From IMG/VR virus record IMGVR_UViG_3300010373_000042, positions 7,573 to 71,572 of that record: 64,000 nucleotides of DNA; one strand, 5' to 3'. Source of the DNA: a virus. Position 1 is the stretch's first letter; each line of letters opens with the position of its first letter. Of this stretch, positions 54,996 through 64,000 are shown piece by piece. Position numbers and translations under genes: made by a program. The notes under the pieces are model-generated. The model saw nothing but the letters and a program-made list of their open reading frames with translations. It was not told where the DNA came from and searched no databases.

Positions 54996-57955
54996 CGTTG
55001 CGGGGATTTTGTTGCGCATTGCTGGCTATTTTAGCATTAATTGCTCCCGCTGCTGCTTTCTGGCACGGCAACGCTGGGGCGACCGGCGGTTCCCAGGTCA
55101 ACATCGCAGACCTTCTTCAGGCTTCTGACCTGATCGACGTGTTCAACGTCGCGACGGTAACGCCCACGGTTTCGTCCGATGCCGGACTGATGGATGCAGA
55201 CGGTTATTTCAACGGCACGCTCGCCGGCAACGTCGGCATCTCGTTTCCAAATAATGGGTTCTGGACCAACACTCAATATGAGTTGTTTTTCCCAGCGGGC
55301 TTTCAGGGGCCTGTGCATTTCAACGCCAACGCGACGAGTTGCACCGCCAATGTCAATGTCACGGTCAGCGGGTGCACGGGATCAGGTCCGACCGATTTCT
55401 CGCCGACCACCAACGCGGGTGGCTCGGTCCAGTTCACGACAAATTCAACCCAATTGAGCGCGTTCTTTCTGGGTGGCAATACTTACGCCCATACTCTCGG
55501 CAGCAAGCTTTCTCTCTATCGCGTGAGCGACAAGACGGCATATCAAGCCGGCGCGATCTGGACGCCAGAGTTGATTGCGCGAAAGATTGATTTCCACGCC
55601 AAGACCAACCGCGAAATGCAGATCATGCAGTTCGGGGCGAGCGGCTTCAACGGCGAGACGAACTGGAAATATCGCACGTCGCCGACGAGTTTTGCGTGGG
55701 AAAGCAACCGCTACCCGCCTGGCCTGTGGTCTGGCGGCGCTGGCACCAGCGGCGCGATCACCGGGACCAATCAGTACACCGCAGCCGCAGCAGCCGACAC
55801 GCCGCTTTCCGGCTGGGTAAACGGTGAGCAGATCATCGGGGCGGTGGCGAATGCCAGCGCGGGGACAATCGCCGTTAGCGGGGCAGCTAATAATGGATCG
55901 GGCCTGTGCCGCATCACAGCGAACACAACAAACATTACGACCGGCCAGTCGGTCAACGTCATTAACCTGTTTAATTCCGATGGGACCGTGAAGACGGGGT
56001 GTAACGGCGTCTTCAATGCGACAGTCATCAATTCGACTACGCTCGATCTTCAGGCATCAACATTCAATGGGACCGGATATCTTGCCAATTCCGGTTTCGT
56101 GGGCATCCAGACGCTGACGATCACGGGTAAGTCCGGCGGTGCCAAGTTCATCGTCGATATCACAGGGCTTCCGCGTAACGCGCTCAATCAAAGCGTCGTC
56201 GTGTCGACCGGCCTAGGAACTTTCACCTATGACGACGTGCTTGATGTCGTAAAGTACAATCAGAACGGGATCGGTTCGTCGGCGGCTCCGATCGAGGCGG
56301 TAATAAATCTATCAAACTCGACCAACGCGAACCTCTGGGCGAACGTGCCGCCATGGGCGACCGATGATTACGTCAACAATTGGGGTGGCGCGATCTGCTC
56401 CAGCCTGAGTTCGTCCTTATTTTTCTATCAGGAATACTCCAACGAACTGTGGAATCCCGGCTTCCCGCAATGGCAATGGGCGCTGCGGCGCGGCCTAGCC
56501 TTTGGCTGGGTCGGCAGCGCCGGTCAAGCAAACGAGGGCTGGGTGGGCCTCCGGTTCCGTCAGATCGCTGGCAATCTGATCCCGGCGATTCCCTCCTGCG
56601 CGGCCCGCATGTCAACAATCCGGCGCGTGCTGGCCTATCAGGGCGGCGGTGACGCGTCACAGGTTCAAAACCTATTCGGCGGCGCGCAACTCAACACGAC
56701 GACCGGCAACGCGCTCTACTGCACTTATACCGGCGGAACGTGGTCGGGGTCTGCCTGCACGGGAGGCGCGAATTATTCGGTCAAGCCTAATCGTCCGATC
56801 GATGTCGCTGAAACCGAGGCCGCCGCCCCTTATGCTGCCGGAACAAATCTCTGCGCCGCTCCTGACGTTGGCTGCGTCCTTGATACCACCAATGCGCCGT
56901 TCTACCAGGCTCTCACGAACGCATGGGAAGCTGGCAACACGGCTGCTGCGATTGCCCTCGTCGACAACGATTTCCGGCAGGCCACCACGCTCAACCAGAC
57001 CGTGACCGCAGCAGGTTCGACATTCACCACGCCGAGCGCGCACGGGTTTTCATCGGGGCTGTTCGGGACCTACGTTCTGTTTACGACGACCGGTACACTG
57101 CCGACAGGCCTTGCGCTCAACACGCTTTACAATGTCACCAGCACACCGACATCATCGACCTTCACGGTCCGGCCGCTCGTTAATGGATTCCCCGCCGGTT
57201 CGAACGTCAGCGTGAGCGGGGGCACCGGCACCATGTCGGTCGGATCGTCCAGCCAGCGCAACCTGATGTGGATGGCTAACGCCTGGTATCCGTTCTTTGA
57301 AAGCAATGCGGCCGCGTTCGACGGCGACCGTCCCGCCGGGATGGCAAACGTCCGGGTCGAATGGTACGAGGGCAACATCGAGCTTCAAGGGCCTGCTACA
57401 CCTTCCGTCTGCACTGCGATGGGCGTCACGTCGCCCAGCCCGGCAGTCGTCAATTTTACAGGCACCACATCCGGGAATAACGGGATCACTGGAATATCGA
57501 GCCTGTCGAACCTGCATGTCGGCATGGTGCTGTCTGGCGTCGCGGACATCCCGTCCGGGACGTACATCACCGGAATTGGCGTGGGAGCCTTCGCCAATTT
57601 GGACCCGACGGCGATCACGATCAGCGCTAATGCGACGAGCTCGAACACGGAGTCTATCACCGCGACCGGCAATTGCGCGTCGGATACGGCGCAGGCCATC
57701 ATCGCGTGGAAGAACGACAATATGTCGGAGCTATCGCAGATTGCCTATTACAAGCAGTTTTTCGGCACCGACCCGTCGCAGCCGGTGACGTTCGGACTGA
57801 TGCCGCACGCGCGCACGCCGTCGCAACTGGTGATGTTCGGGGAGTGCAACGGCTCTGGCGGGAGTTATTCCATGATGCCGGGCTGTCTGGCGAACTCAAC
57901 GCCTTATGTGCCCTATTACAGCGGGTTTTCAACCTTCAACAGCGGATTCAACTAG
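54992..57955 (+). CDS. signal-peptide-bearing spike/depolymerase-like protein (GH-A-like barrel)
   Basis: Signal ...LIAPAAA; PIE..I.L.N...W.NVP..ATDDYV...YQEYSNELWN and WYEG motifs with inserted beta domains. Confidence 0.6.
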   Translation: MTLRGFCCALLAILALIAPAAAFWHGNAGATGGSQVNIADLLQASDLIDVFNVATVTPTVSSDAGLMDADGYFNGTLAGNVGISFPNNGFWTNTQYELFFPAGFQGPVHFNANATSCTANVNVTVSGCTGSGPTDFSPTTNAGGSVQFTTNSTQLSAFFLGGNTYAHTLGSKLSLYRVSDKTAYQAGAIWTPELIARKIDFHAKTNREMQIMQFGASGFNGETNWKYRTSPTSFAWESNRYPPGLWSGGAGTSGAITGTNQYTAAAAADTPLSGWVNGEQIIGAVANASAGTIAVSGAANNGSGLCRITANTTNITTGQSVNVINLFNSDGTVKTGCNGVFNATVINSTTLDLQASTFNGTGYLANSGFVGIQTLTITGKSGGAKFIVDITGLPRNALNQSVVVSTGLGTFTYDDVLDVVKYNQNGIGSSAAPIEAVINLSNSTNANLWANVPPWATDDYVNNWGGAICSSLSSSLFFYQEYSNELWNPGFPQWQWALRRGLAFGWVGSAGQANEGWVGLRFRQIAGNLIPAIPSCAARMSTIRRVLAYQGGGDASQVQNLFGGAQLNTTTGNALYCTYTGGTWSGSACTGGANYSVKPNRPIDVAETEAAAPYAAGTNLCAAPDVGCVLDTTNAPFYQALTNAWEAGNTAAAIALVDNDFRQATTLNQTVTAAGSTFTTPSAHGFSSGLFGTYVLFTTTGTLPTGLALNTLYNVTSTPTSSTFTVRPLVNGFPAGSNVSVSGGTGTMSVGSSSQRNLMWMANAWYPFFESNAAAFDGDRPAGMANVRVEWYEGNIELQGPATPSVCTAMGVTSPSPAVVNFTGTTSGNNGITGISSLSNLHVGMVLSGVADIPSGTYITGIGVGAFANLDPTAITISANATSSNTESITATGNCASDTAQAIIAWKNDNMSELSQIAYYKQFFGTDPSQPVTFGLMPHARTPSQLVMFGECNGSGGSYSMMPGCLANSTPYVPYYSGFSTFNSGFN

Positions 57956-58122
57956 AACCCATATTCCTGCGACCAGATCGCATCTTCACGTTCAAGCCGC
58001 TCGCGCTCTTCCTTTGCTAAAGCTGCTCTACGCTTGGTCTCTCGTCTGCCGGCTCGCGCCATACAGGCGAAGAAGAAGCCTAGTCCAACCAGCAAGAGAA
58101 TAGCAATGGCGGTTTGGATCAT
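57952..58122 (-). CDS. small membrane-anchored protein
   Basis: Not in ORF track; MIQTAIAILLLVGLGFFFAC plus charged tail, 56 aa. Confidence 0.55.
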   Translation of the reverse strand: MIQTAIAILLLVGLGFFFACMARAGRRETKRRAALAKEERERLEREDAIWSQEYGF

Positions 58123-58208
58123 CCCCCACCACTACCCCCGGTAGCGCCCTCCCTACAAGCCGGGACAAGTGTAAATAAGGGGATTGACAACTGGAAAGGG
58201 GAGGGTGG

Positions 58209-58328
58209 CTAAATCCAGTGGAGGAAGTCTTCGACGATAAGGGAGCCAATGCTCACGGTAAACAGAGCTAACTGAAACTGCCAGCGTTTCATCGTAACCG
58301 GCTCGTTGAGTGATTCCTTGAGCGTCAT
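58209..58328 (-). CDS. small hydrophobic protein
   Basis: GGAGG RBS; MTLKESLNEPVTMKRWQFQLALF..., 39 aa. Confidence 0.45.
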   Translation of the reverse strand: MTLKESLNEPVTMKRWQFQLALFTVSIGSLIVEDFLHWI

Positions 58329-58719
58329 GGTGCATCCTCCGTCATTGGCCATCATCGCGACAGCGCGGCGCTCTCAAAGTCGCCGGCTGCGATCTTCCCT
58401 GCTTCCGAATTCCATAGTCTGATTGCATCGAGTTGATTATTGCCGTTGACGCCAACGAAATGCTCCTCCGGAGGCAAGGGAGGGTACATCGCGGCGTCAG
58501 TGTTGTCGTTGGGCATGGGTGATTCCTGTTTAGGAACTACGCGTGGGCGTCGTCTTTGGAAAGTGCGAAATATTCCCGCAGTCTACATCTCTTGGCTATT
58601 TGGCAATGGGATAATGCACACTCAACCATGTGAGGATTCTCGCAAGGATAATCCCACCCCGGACCACCCCTGAGGCGCACGCTTTCGCTGATTTTTCGCT
58701 TAGGCATGATAGGTCCTGT

Positions 58720-58989
58720 TTAGGAGTGCGAACAGGCAACGGCGCGTTGCATGACCTCGTGTAGGTAGCGCATCTCGTCGTCGCTCGGCTTGCGGTTGAA
58801 ATAAAAGCATAGCGATTGAGCATTCTCAACATCACGGCCAACGCCCGGGCACTTTAGGTCTTCCGCGATATCGCGCTTCCACTCGTGTTTATTGCCCAAA
58901 AATACTACGTTCGTCGGGCAATCGCAGGAACGCAGGCGTCCTGGTGAAACCTCTCCGCATCCGGCGCACTTCCAATCTTGCTCAACCAT
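58720..58989 (-). CDS. hypothetical Cys-containing protein
   Basis: WKCAGCG...CDC; in small-gene cluster. Confidence 0.55.
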   Translation of the reverse strand: MVEQDWKCAGCGEVSPGRLRSCDCPTNVVFLGNKHEWKRDIAEDLKCPGVGRDVENAQSLCFYFNRKPSDDEMRYLHEVMQRAVACSHS

Positions 58990-59196
58990 GGCTCGATCTC
59001 TGCTCAGGATCGAGGAGGTGCAACGGCGTGTTGCTCAAAATACCAACGAGGGGTCGAATGAACCTTGGTCTTCCCTTCCTCCTGCCATGACACATCTTCA
59101 TCGGTGAACCCGATGACTTTTGCCCGCACCTTATTAAATTCGTATGTCGTGCCAGCCTTGGGGTGAATCTCTACGGTGTTCATTTGTATTCCTCGG

Positions 59197-59448
59197 TCAG
59201 GGCCGCTTGGGTGGAAATCTTACCAACCGATCATATAGGTGACAGGCCAAGAGTTCGGCGCTGTATTCCATTGGGAGAGACAACATAAGCTCGGCCGCCG
59301 CATCGACCCAAGCATTGCGATTCGCCAGATGTGGGGGTAGATCATTCTGTGCAGGTTGGCGCAGAAGGCGTCGTCTCAATTCGTGTGGATTGACGCCAGC
59401 AACCTTGGCACCGGCCTTTATGTCGGGCCATTTTAGATTTGGCTTCAT
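59197..59448 (-). CDS. hypothetical protein
   Basis: GGAG RBS; overlaps upstream stop. Confidence 0.5.
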   Translation of the reverse strand: MKPNLKWPDIKAGAKVAGVNPHELRRRLLRQPAQNDLPPHLANRNAWVDAAAELMLSLPMEYSAELLACHLYDRLVRFPPKRP

Positions 59449-59660
59449 GCTCCCTCTCCATTCGAGACTATGACACGCTCGATGGTCCAGCCGATTTCTT
59501 TTCGGTAGTTCCAGTCGTATGCGCCGCGGTAGCTATTCATGACGATATTTTGGATGGCGGCTTTTCTCGTCGGTGCCATGTGCTCGTAATAGACCAATGG
59601 TCGCCTCCGGCCTCTGTCTAAAACCGGAACGTACCAGATTTCATTGATCGTTATGCCCAT
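59445..59660 (-). CDS. hypothetical protein
   Basis: AAGGAG RBS. Confidence 0.55.
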   Translation of the reverse strand: MGITINEIWYVPVLDRGRRRPLVYYEHMAPTRKAAIQNIVMNSYRGAYDWNYRKEIGWTIERVIVSNGEGA

Positions 59661-59674
59661 GGCTCTCGCGCTCC

Positions 59675-59995
59675 TTACGGCATCTCACCCAGATTGATGC
59701 ACTCGCCGGCATAGGGATGCTGCGTGTTATGAAGCCCGCTCGGATGCCGGAATCCGGCAGCAATCGCCATTGCGGCGAATGCAAACGAGGCGGCCTGGTA
59801 GGCGATCTCTCGCGGGAAACCGAAGCCGAGCCGATGGTCAATGATGAACTCGATCTCGTGCCCGCGATCATACATTGCCACATGCGGCATCAGCCGGCCG
59901 TCGATGATAACCGAGCAGCCGGTATTTTCAGGGCCGGTCATTTCCTTGATAAGGTCGCGCTTTGGCTCGGTCGGAAAGTCAGTCACGTTGGTCAT
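59675..59995 (-). CDS. hypothetical protein
   Basis: AAGGA RBS before MTNVTDF. Confidence 0.6.
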   Translation of the reverse strand: MTNVTDFPTEPKRDLIKEMTGPENTGCSVIIDGRLMPHVAMYDRGHEIEFIIDHRLGFGFPREIAYQAASFAFAAMAIAAGFRHPSGLHNTQHPYAGECINLGEMP

Positions 59996-60008
59996 TTGGG
60001 AGTCCTTT

Positions 60009-60125
60009 TTAATCCCTCGTTGCATAGACGAAAAACCCGATAACGATTAGTGCGGTCACGCCAACAACCGAATAAACAAGTATACGCGGATACAGCGTGT
60101 TCCCGATCCAGATCAGTTCATCCAT
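60009..60125 (-). CDS. small single-TM protein
   Basis: AGGAG RBS; MDELIWIGNTLYPRILVYSVVGVTALIVIGFFVYATRD. Confidence 0.5.
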   Translation of the reverse strand: MDELIWIGNTLYPRILVYSVVGVTALIVIGFFVYATRD

Positions 60126-60159
60126 AGGCTCTCGCGCTCCTATTCCGGCAACGTCAGGC

Positions 60160-60408
60160 TCACGAAATTTTCGTGTATCCCTTGTATCGTTTCGTCGTCA
60201 GCGTCATCGGTTTGCCGAGCGGAATTGATGTTTCCGCTACCATTTGCATGGTGTAGATCGTCTCACCGGGAGCGCACTTGGCAAGCTCGATTGCGCGACG
60301 GTCGGCCGCCGCCTTCGTGGCGAAGCTCTCGGGATAGGCGTCGTTTTTCTTCAGGCCCATCGATACTTGGCCCTCGTGGTCGATCACTACAAATTCTTTC
60401 GTCGCCAT
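60160..60408 (-). CDS. hypothetical protein
   Basis: GGAG RBS before MATKEF. Confidence 0.55.
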   Translation of the reverse strand: MATKEFVVIDHEGQVSMGLKKNDAYPESFATKAAADRRAIELAKCAPGETIYTMQMVAETSIPLGKPMTLTTKRYKGYTKIS

Positions 60409-60639
60409 ACTTCTCTCCAATGTTTGGGGGACTCGCAGTCGCTACTGATAATCGGGCCACTCTTCATCGCGCATTTCGCGGATGATGACTTCGGCCGGCC
60501 GCTGATCGCCTGGGCCGTATTTCCGGATAGCCTCGGCGCGTTGCACCGCCGTCAAGGGCGTCGAAAGGGCATAAGCCAGTCGTTCTTTCTTTTCCTGTTC
60601 GTCCATCTTCATTCTCCTTGCGCCGCAGGGGCGCGGTGG

Positions 60640-60846
60640 TCAGTAATCGCCGTCTTGCAAAACGAAGGCGCGAGGGTGAGCAACATTGATGCGCCGAAGC
60701 GTGAAGGGCTTCTTCGCATCCAGGCCATGCTGCTTAAGTTCCGCCTGCAACAGTTCTCGGGCAATCTCCTCGGTTTCAGCGACCACAACGGACGCCACCC
60801 CGACCCAATGCCCGTCATGGTCAACGCAGGTATAGACGTTCAGCAT
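60640..60846 (-). CDS. hypothetical protein
   Basis: GAGG RBS; VVVAETEEIA pattern. Confidence 0.6.
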   Translation of the reverse strand: MLNVYTCVDHDGHWVGVASVVVAETEEIARELLQAELKQHGLDAKKPFTLRRINVAHPRAFVLQDGDY

Positions 60847-60877
60847 GTCGCACCTCTGAGTTCCTCTGCATCCAACT

Positions 60878-61102
60878 CTAGTGCGTGGCGCCAGGCGGGC
60901 GCTCCGGCGTCAATGCCTTGATGTCAGCCATCGACTTGTCGATGAATTTGATTAGGTGCGCGCGCTGCTCACCTTCCGCAGTCCGGAGGTTTTCGCATTG
61001 CTCGATCAGGTTGCTGATGCGGTGACCAACCGGCGTATCGGCGCCGTGCTTGTTCCTCATGGCGATTAGCTCCCGTCGGGTGTTCTCAAGATCGAAATTC
61101 AT
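60878..61102 (-). CDS. hypothetical protein
   Basis: Start overlaps integrase stop. Confidence 0.55.
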   Translation of the reverse strand: MNFDLENTRRELIAMRNKHGADTPVGHRISNLIEQCENLRTAEGEQRAHLIKFIDKSMADIKALTPERPPGATH

Positions 61103-62160
61103 TGCCCTTCCTTCCACTTCCAATTTGCGAACTTGTCTCCGGTCTGTCTCAGGTGCGAATAGCGCTTGAGCGATTGCCATGACCGATGACCGGATACGCC
61201 GGCCGCGCGCGGGATCGTCCAGCCCATCTCGAACAGGCGCGAGATGCCTTCATGGCGCAGATCATGGAAATGCAGATCGACGATGCCGAGCAGCTTGCAG
61301 GCACGCGTGAAGGCGGCCGATATCGCGTCGGGAGAGGCGGGGAAGATTGCCGGGCCGGATGCGGTAATCGACTTGATGATCGCTTCGGCCTCGGGAACCA
61401 GATCGCACCACGTATCGTTGCCGATCTTGTCGCCGGGGTGCTTCATGTCCCGCACCAGCACGCGGCCGGCCTCCAGATCCTTCCATGCGATCCGGCCTAT
61501 TTCCTCCTGCCGGCGCGTCGAGAAGATCGCAAAGGCAATGATCTTCTGCATCGGGATCGTATCAGCCCGCCGCGCCCGGACCTTCCCGAAATGCTCCATC
61601 AGCTTGTCGAGTTCGCCCAGGGTCGGGCGCCGGTCACGCTCGTCGCTCTTGGAAATGATCCCCATCTTGCGAAGCACGATCTGGGCATCGGTCATGGCCT
61701 GCTTGTCGAGCGGGTATTTCCACATCGGACGGGCGATGGTGAAGATCGAGGATAGATGCGACATATAATTGCCGCGCGTGGCCGGCGACGAATCCAGCGA
61801 TTTGGCGAAGTCGCATAGTTCCGCGGAATCGACCATCGAGCATTTCTTCTTGGCGATCGCGTGTGCCTTGATCGACCGGAGAACCTGGGCCTTGGTTTTG
61901 CCCATGGCCTTTTCGGACTCGTCTATATAGCGATCGATCACGACTGAAAGCGGAGGATCGTTCTGGTCGGCCTTCGCCCGATCCAGCGCACCCGGCACCG
62001 CCAGCGCCTTCTCGCGGGTGTCGAGCCATGTCCTCGCAGCCGGCCGGCGGTCGAATGTGCGGGCTTCCCTGAGCACTACGACGCCCTCCCGCATGATGGC
62101 AATTTTCGCCAGATATGCCATGGTGCCGTCCTTGCGGCGCCGGCCGATGATGCTTCCCAT
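61099..62160 (-). CDS. int: tyrosine integrase, dusA-associated type
   Basis: MGSI..RRRKDG..AY.A.I start; STRRQEEI, DLHFHDLRHEG.SRLFE, SGHRSWQSLKRY. Confidence 0.92.
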   Translation of the reverse strand: MGSIIGRRRKDGTMAYLAKIAIMREGVVVLREARTFDRRPAARTWLDTREKALAVPGALDRAKADQNDPPLSVVIDRYIDESEKAMGKTKAQVLRSIKAHAIAKKKCSMVDSAELCDFAKSLDSSPATRGNYMSHLSSIFTIARPMWKYPLDKQAMTDAQIVLRKMGIISKSDERDRRPTLGELDKLMEHFGKVRARRADTIPMQKIIAFAIFSTRRQEEIGRIAWKDLEAGRVLVRDMKHPGDKIGNDTWCDLVPEAEAIIKSITASGPAIFPASPDAISAAFTRACKLLGIVDLHFHDLRHEGISRLFEMGWTIPRAAGVSGHRSWQSLKRYSHLRQTGDKFANWKWKEGQ

Positions 62161-62406
62161 TTGGTACAAGGCCCCCGAGTTTGGAACATTGTACCAAAAC
62201 AGAACCGAAAACCCCGGATATGTCCAGAATTGTCACGGCGAAGCGCACCCTGAAAATCGTGGGGAAAACCCACCATTTCAAGAATATGCAATGATTTCAA
62301 AAGACTGGACATTCGCCACTGCCCCTATGATGGACTGGACCTACTCTAAACGCGCAGTGCTATAAAACAAGCGGTGTCTTTAGTTATCGACCGGGCTTTG
62401 TACCAA
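62161..62406. other. attP with replacement 5' end of dusA and arm-type repeats
   Basis: 62291-62365 (+) encodes MISKDWTFATAPMMDWT then diverges from DusA; TTGGTACAA/TTGTACCAA at 62161, 62189, 62398. Confidence 0.85.
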
Positions 62407-62418
62407 GAACATGCTCGC

Positions 62419-62631
62419 TCAAGATCGTTTACGCAGTAGCGGCTTCGATGGAGCGTCACTATAAACTGTCCAGCCGATCCAAAAAGAAAGTGGACCGGTA
62501 AAACCCGCGAATAGCGAAGTTCCTATATCCTCCGTCTCGTAATCGTACTGATTGCGTAGCCAATAGATGTGGCTCCAGACGCCGACCACGTACCAAGCCG
62601 CAATGCCAAGCCAGATGTAGATCGTTGTCAT
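62419..62631 (-). CDS. small two-TM membrane protein
   Basis: Hydrophobic Trp-rich segments; overlaps upstream stop. Confidence 0.6.
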   Translation of the reverse strand: MTTIYIWLGIAAWYVVGVWSHIYWLRNQYDYETEDIGTSLFAGFTGPLSFWIGWTVYSDAPSKPLLRKRS

Positions 62632-62888
62632 CGCGTCATCTGCTCCAGTTCCTTGTGCGCCACTGCCCGGCGCCCGTCGAGGTAGTCCGCCAAATCCTGC
62701 AAATGGACGCCCTTGGCTGATTTCTGGCTGGTGGTCGATCGAACCAGGGGCAGCTTGATCCCGCCATTGCCGATCTGCCGGAGGAACTCATCCAGCGTCA
62801 GGTGGGGGAAAAAATCCGCCCGCACGGATTCCACCGGGATCACCGGCAGGCCATCGTATCGCGCCATCAGCAGGAAGGCTGTGTTCAC
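62628..62888 (-). CDS. PrtN-family protein (probable excisionase)
   Basis: MNTAFLLMARY...FFPHLT...SQKSAKGVHLQDLA.YLD. Confidence 0.85.
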   Translation of the reverse strand: MNTAFLLMARYDGLPVIPVESVRADFFPHLTLDEFLRQIGNGGIKLPLVRSTTSQKSAKGVHLQDLADYLDGRRAVAHKELEQMTR

Positions 62889-63766
62889 GTCGCATCCTTT
62901 TGTTGAGCCTGAGAGAACGAAAGTGCCCCCGCGAACATATCGTTCTGCGAAGCTGGCTTCAGCGCAGCGCAGGCCTGCTGATTGATCCAAATTACTTCAG
63001 TGCGAGGTCGAGCGCCATCCGCGAAGGCCTGTCGCTCAACCCGACGCCAGCCAGGGAGTGCATCGTCGTAAAGAGGCGACGGATAACCCGATAGAATAAT
63101 CATCCCCTTCAGCGAGGGCAGCACCTCGAGCAACCCGGCATGATCGCCCTCCGACAACTCGTGGGTATAGGCTCGCGAGCCGTCCCGACGCGTTTCCGGA
63201 AGGTAGGGCGGATCTAGATAAAGAAGAGTGTCTGCGGTCGCCCGTCGCGCCAGCGCTCGCCAGTCGCGGTTAGAGAGGCACACGTTTCGCAGCCGGCGCG
63301 CGGTCCAAACGAGCGCTCGAGCATATCTAGACCACTCGTAGGGGCCGCGTTTGTAGTCGCTGAAAACTTCGACGCGAAACCCAGAGACACGCCTAGCGGA
63401 GTCCGTGCCATGAGCGAAGGCCTGCCGAACGGACAGGCGGCGGGCGTCTTCTACCGCATCATCCGGGCAAGATTCCAGCGATGTTCGATATTCCGCCTCG
63501 GAGAATGGCGTCAGGCGCAAGGCCCTGATCAGCCTCCGACGCGTTTCCTCGTTTCGCAATACCTGAAAGAAACTTACGAGGCGGCCGTCCAGATCGTTAA
63601 AAACCTCGACCTGGGCTGCCTGCTTGCGAAGCAGGACGCTGCCGGCGCCGCCGAACGGTTCGATATAGATCTGATGCGCCGGGAAATGGCTGATGATCCA
63701 CGGCGCGAGTTTCCACTTACCGCCGTGCCATCGCAATACAGGTCGCGTGGGTGTCACCGCATTCAT
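62885..63766 (-). CDS. DNA adenine methyltransferase (D12/Dam class)
   Basis: LRWHGGKWKLA, EPFGGAGSV, LYLDPPY. Confidence 0.93.
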   Translation of the reverse strand: MNAVTPTRPVLRWHGGKWKLAPWIISHFPAHQIYIEPFGGAGSVLLRKQAAQVEVFNDLDGRLVSFFQVLRNEETRRRLIRALRLTPFSEAEYRTSLESCPDDAVEDARRLSVRQAFAHGTDSARRVSGFRVEVFSDYKRGPYEWSRYARALVWTARRLRNVCLSNRDWRALARRATADTLLYLDPPYLPETRRDGSRAYTHELSEGDHAGLLEVLPSLKGMIILSGYPSPLYDDALPGWRRVERQAFADGARPRTEVIWINQQACAALKPASQNDMFAGALSFSQAQQKDAT

Positions 63767-63999
63767 GGCTTCGGCGATCCTCCCACATCAGCAAACATAT
63801 CCGGCGTTTTGTCACAGCGCTCCGGCGGGATAGCGTCGGTTGTGAAAGCAGTGCAGCGCGGCCCCTTCTCGTCCTCTATCCATTCGGTTGGATACATGGG
63901 ATCGTCGATATCGAAAACGTAGGTAGACGCCGCGATCGGGCAGCCGTCACCGGAATCAGGATCCTCGCGATAGGCTGCGTCCCTGGCGCAGTGAAGGCA
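63763..63999 (-). CDS. hypothetical protein, 5'-truncated by window edge
   Basis: CLHCARD...GCPI...YPTEW...PRCTAF; stop overlaps methylase start. Confidence 0.55.
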   Translation of the reverse strand, partial: CLHCARDAAYREDPDSGDGCPIAASTYVFDIDDPMYPTEWIEDEKGPRCTAFTTDAIPPERCDKTPDMFADVGGSPKP

Positions 64000-64000
64000 C

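Noticed and set aside
62291-62365. dusA gene or pseudogene
   Set aside because: Only the first conserved motif is present; better explained as part of attP
1-64000. Diversity-generating retroelement, CRISPR array, tRNA/rRNA genes, CtrA boxes
   Set aside because: No reverse transcriptase, TR/VR pair, repeat-spacer array, cloverleaf or clear TTAA-N7-TTAA seen by eye; a dedicated scan was not possible

Overview
This window is most of a temperate, podovirus-like phage genome from an alphaproteobacterial host (Hyphomicrobiales/Bradyrhizobium-like, inferred from GcrA, GapR and Cro-like genes). It appears to be the excised form: an intact attP carrying the 5' end of dusA lies between a dusA-associated tyrosine integrase and a PrtN-like excisionase. 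Layout: early regulation/replication (1-6.2 kb); TerS, serine recombinase and HNH (6.3-8.4 kb); tail, adaptor and ejection proteins (8.5-27 kb), including an IS1595 element with a passenger gene that splits a GIY-YIG endonuclease; lysis cassette (27.6-30.6 kb); an 11-kb minus-strand nonulosonic (pseudaminic/legionaminic-type) acid biosynthesis operon (30.6-42.1 kb); TerL, portal, GroES-like, scaffold, capsid and signal-peptide-bearing spike-like genes (42.2-58 kb); small genes, integrase, attP and Dam-like methylase (58-64 kb). The lead hypothesis is that the sugar operon plus a CstII/Maf-like sialyltransferase gene among Ser/Thr-rich tail genes form a phage-encoded nonulosonate glycosylation system, probably acting on the virion. 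Other signals are a candidate -1 frameshift after the capsid genes, a recurrent xxxGG motif in head/ejection proteins, Sec-exported spike-like proteins, and terminase subunits about 35 kb apart. All calls come from reading motifs by eye; no searches were run.
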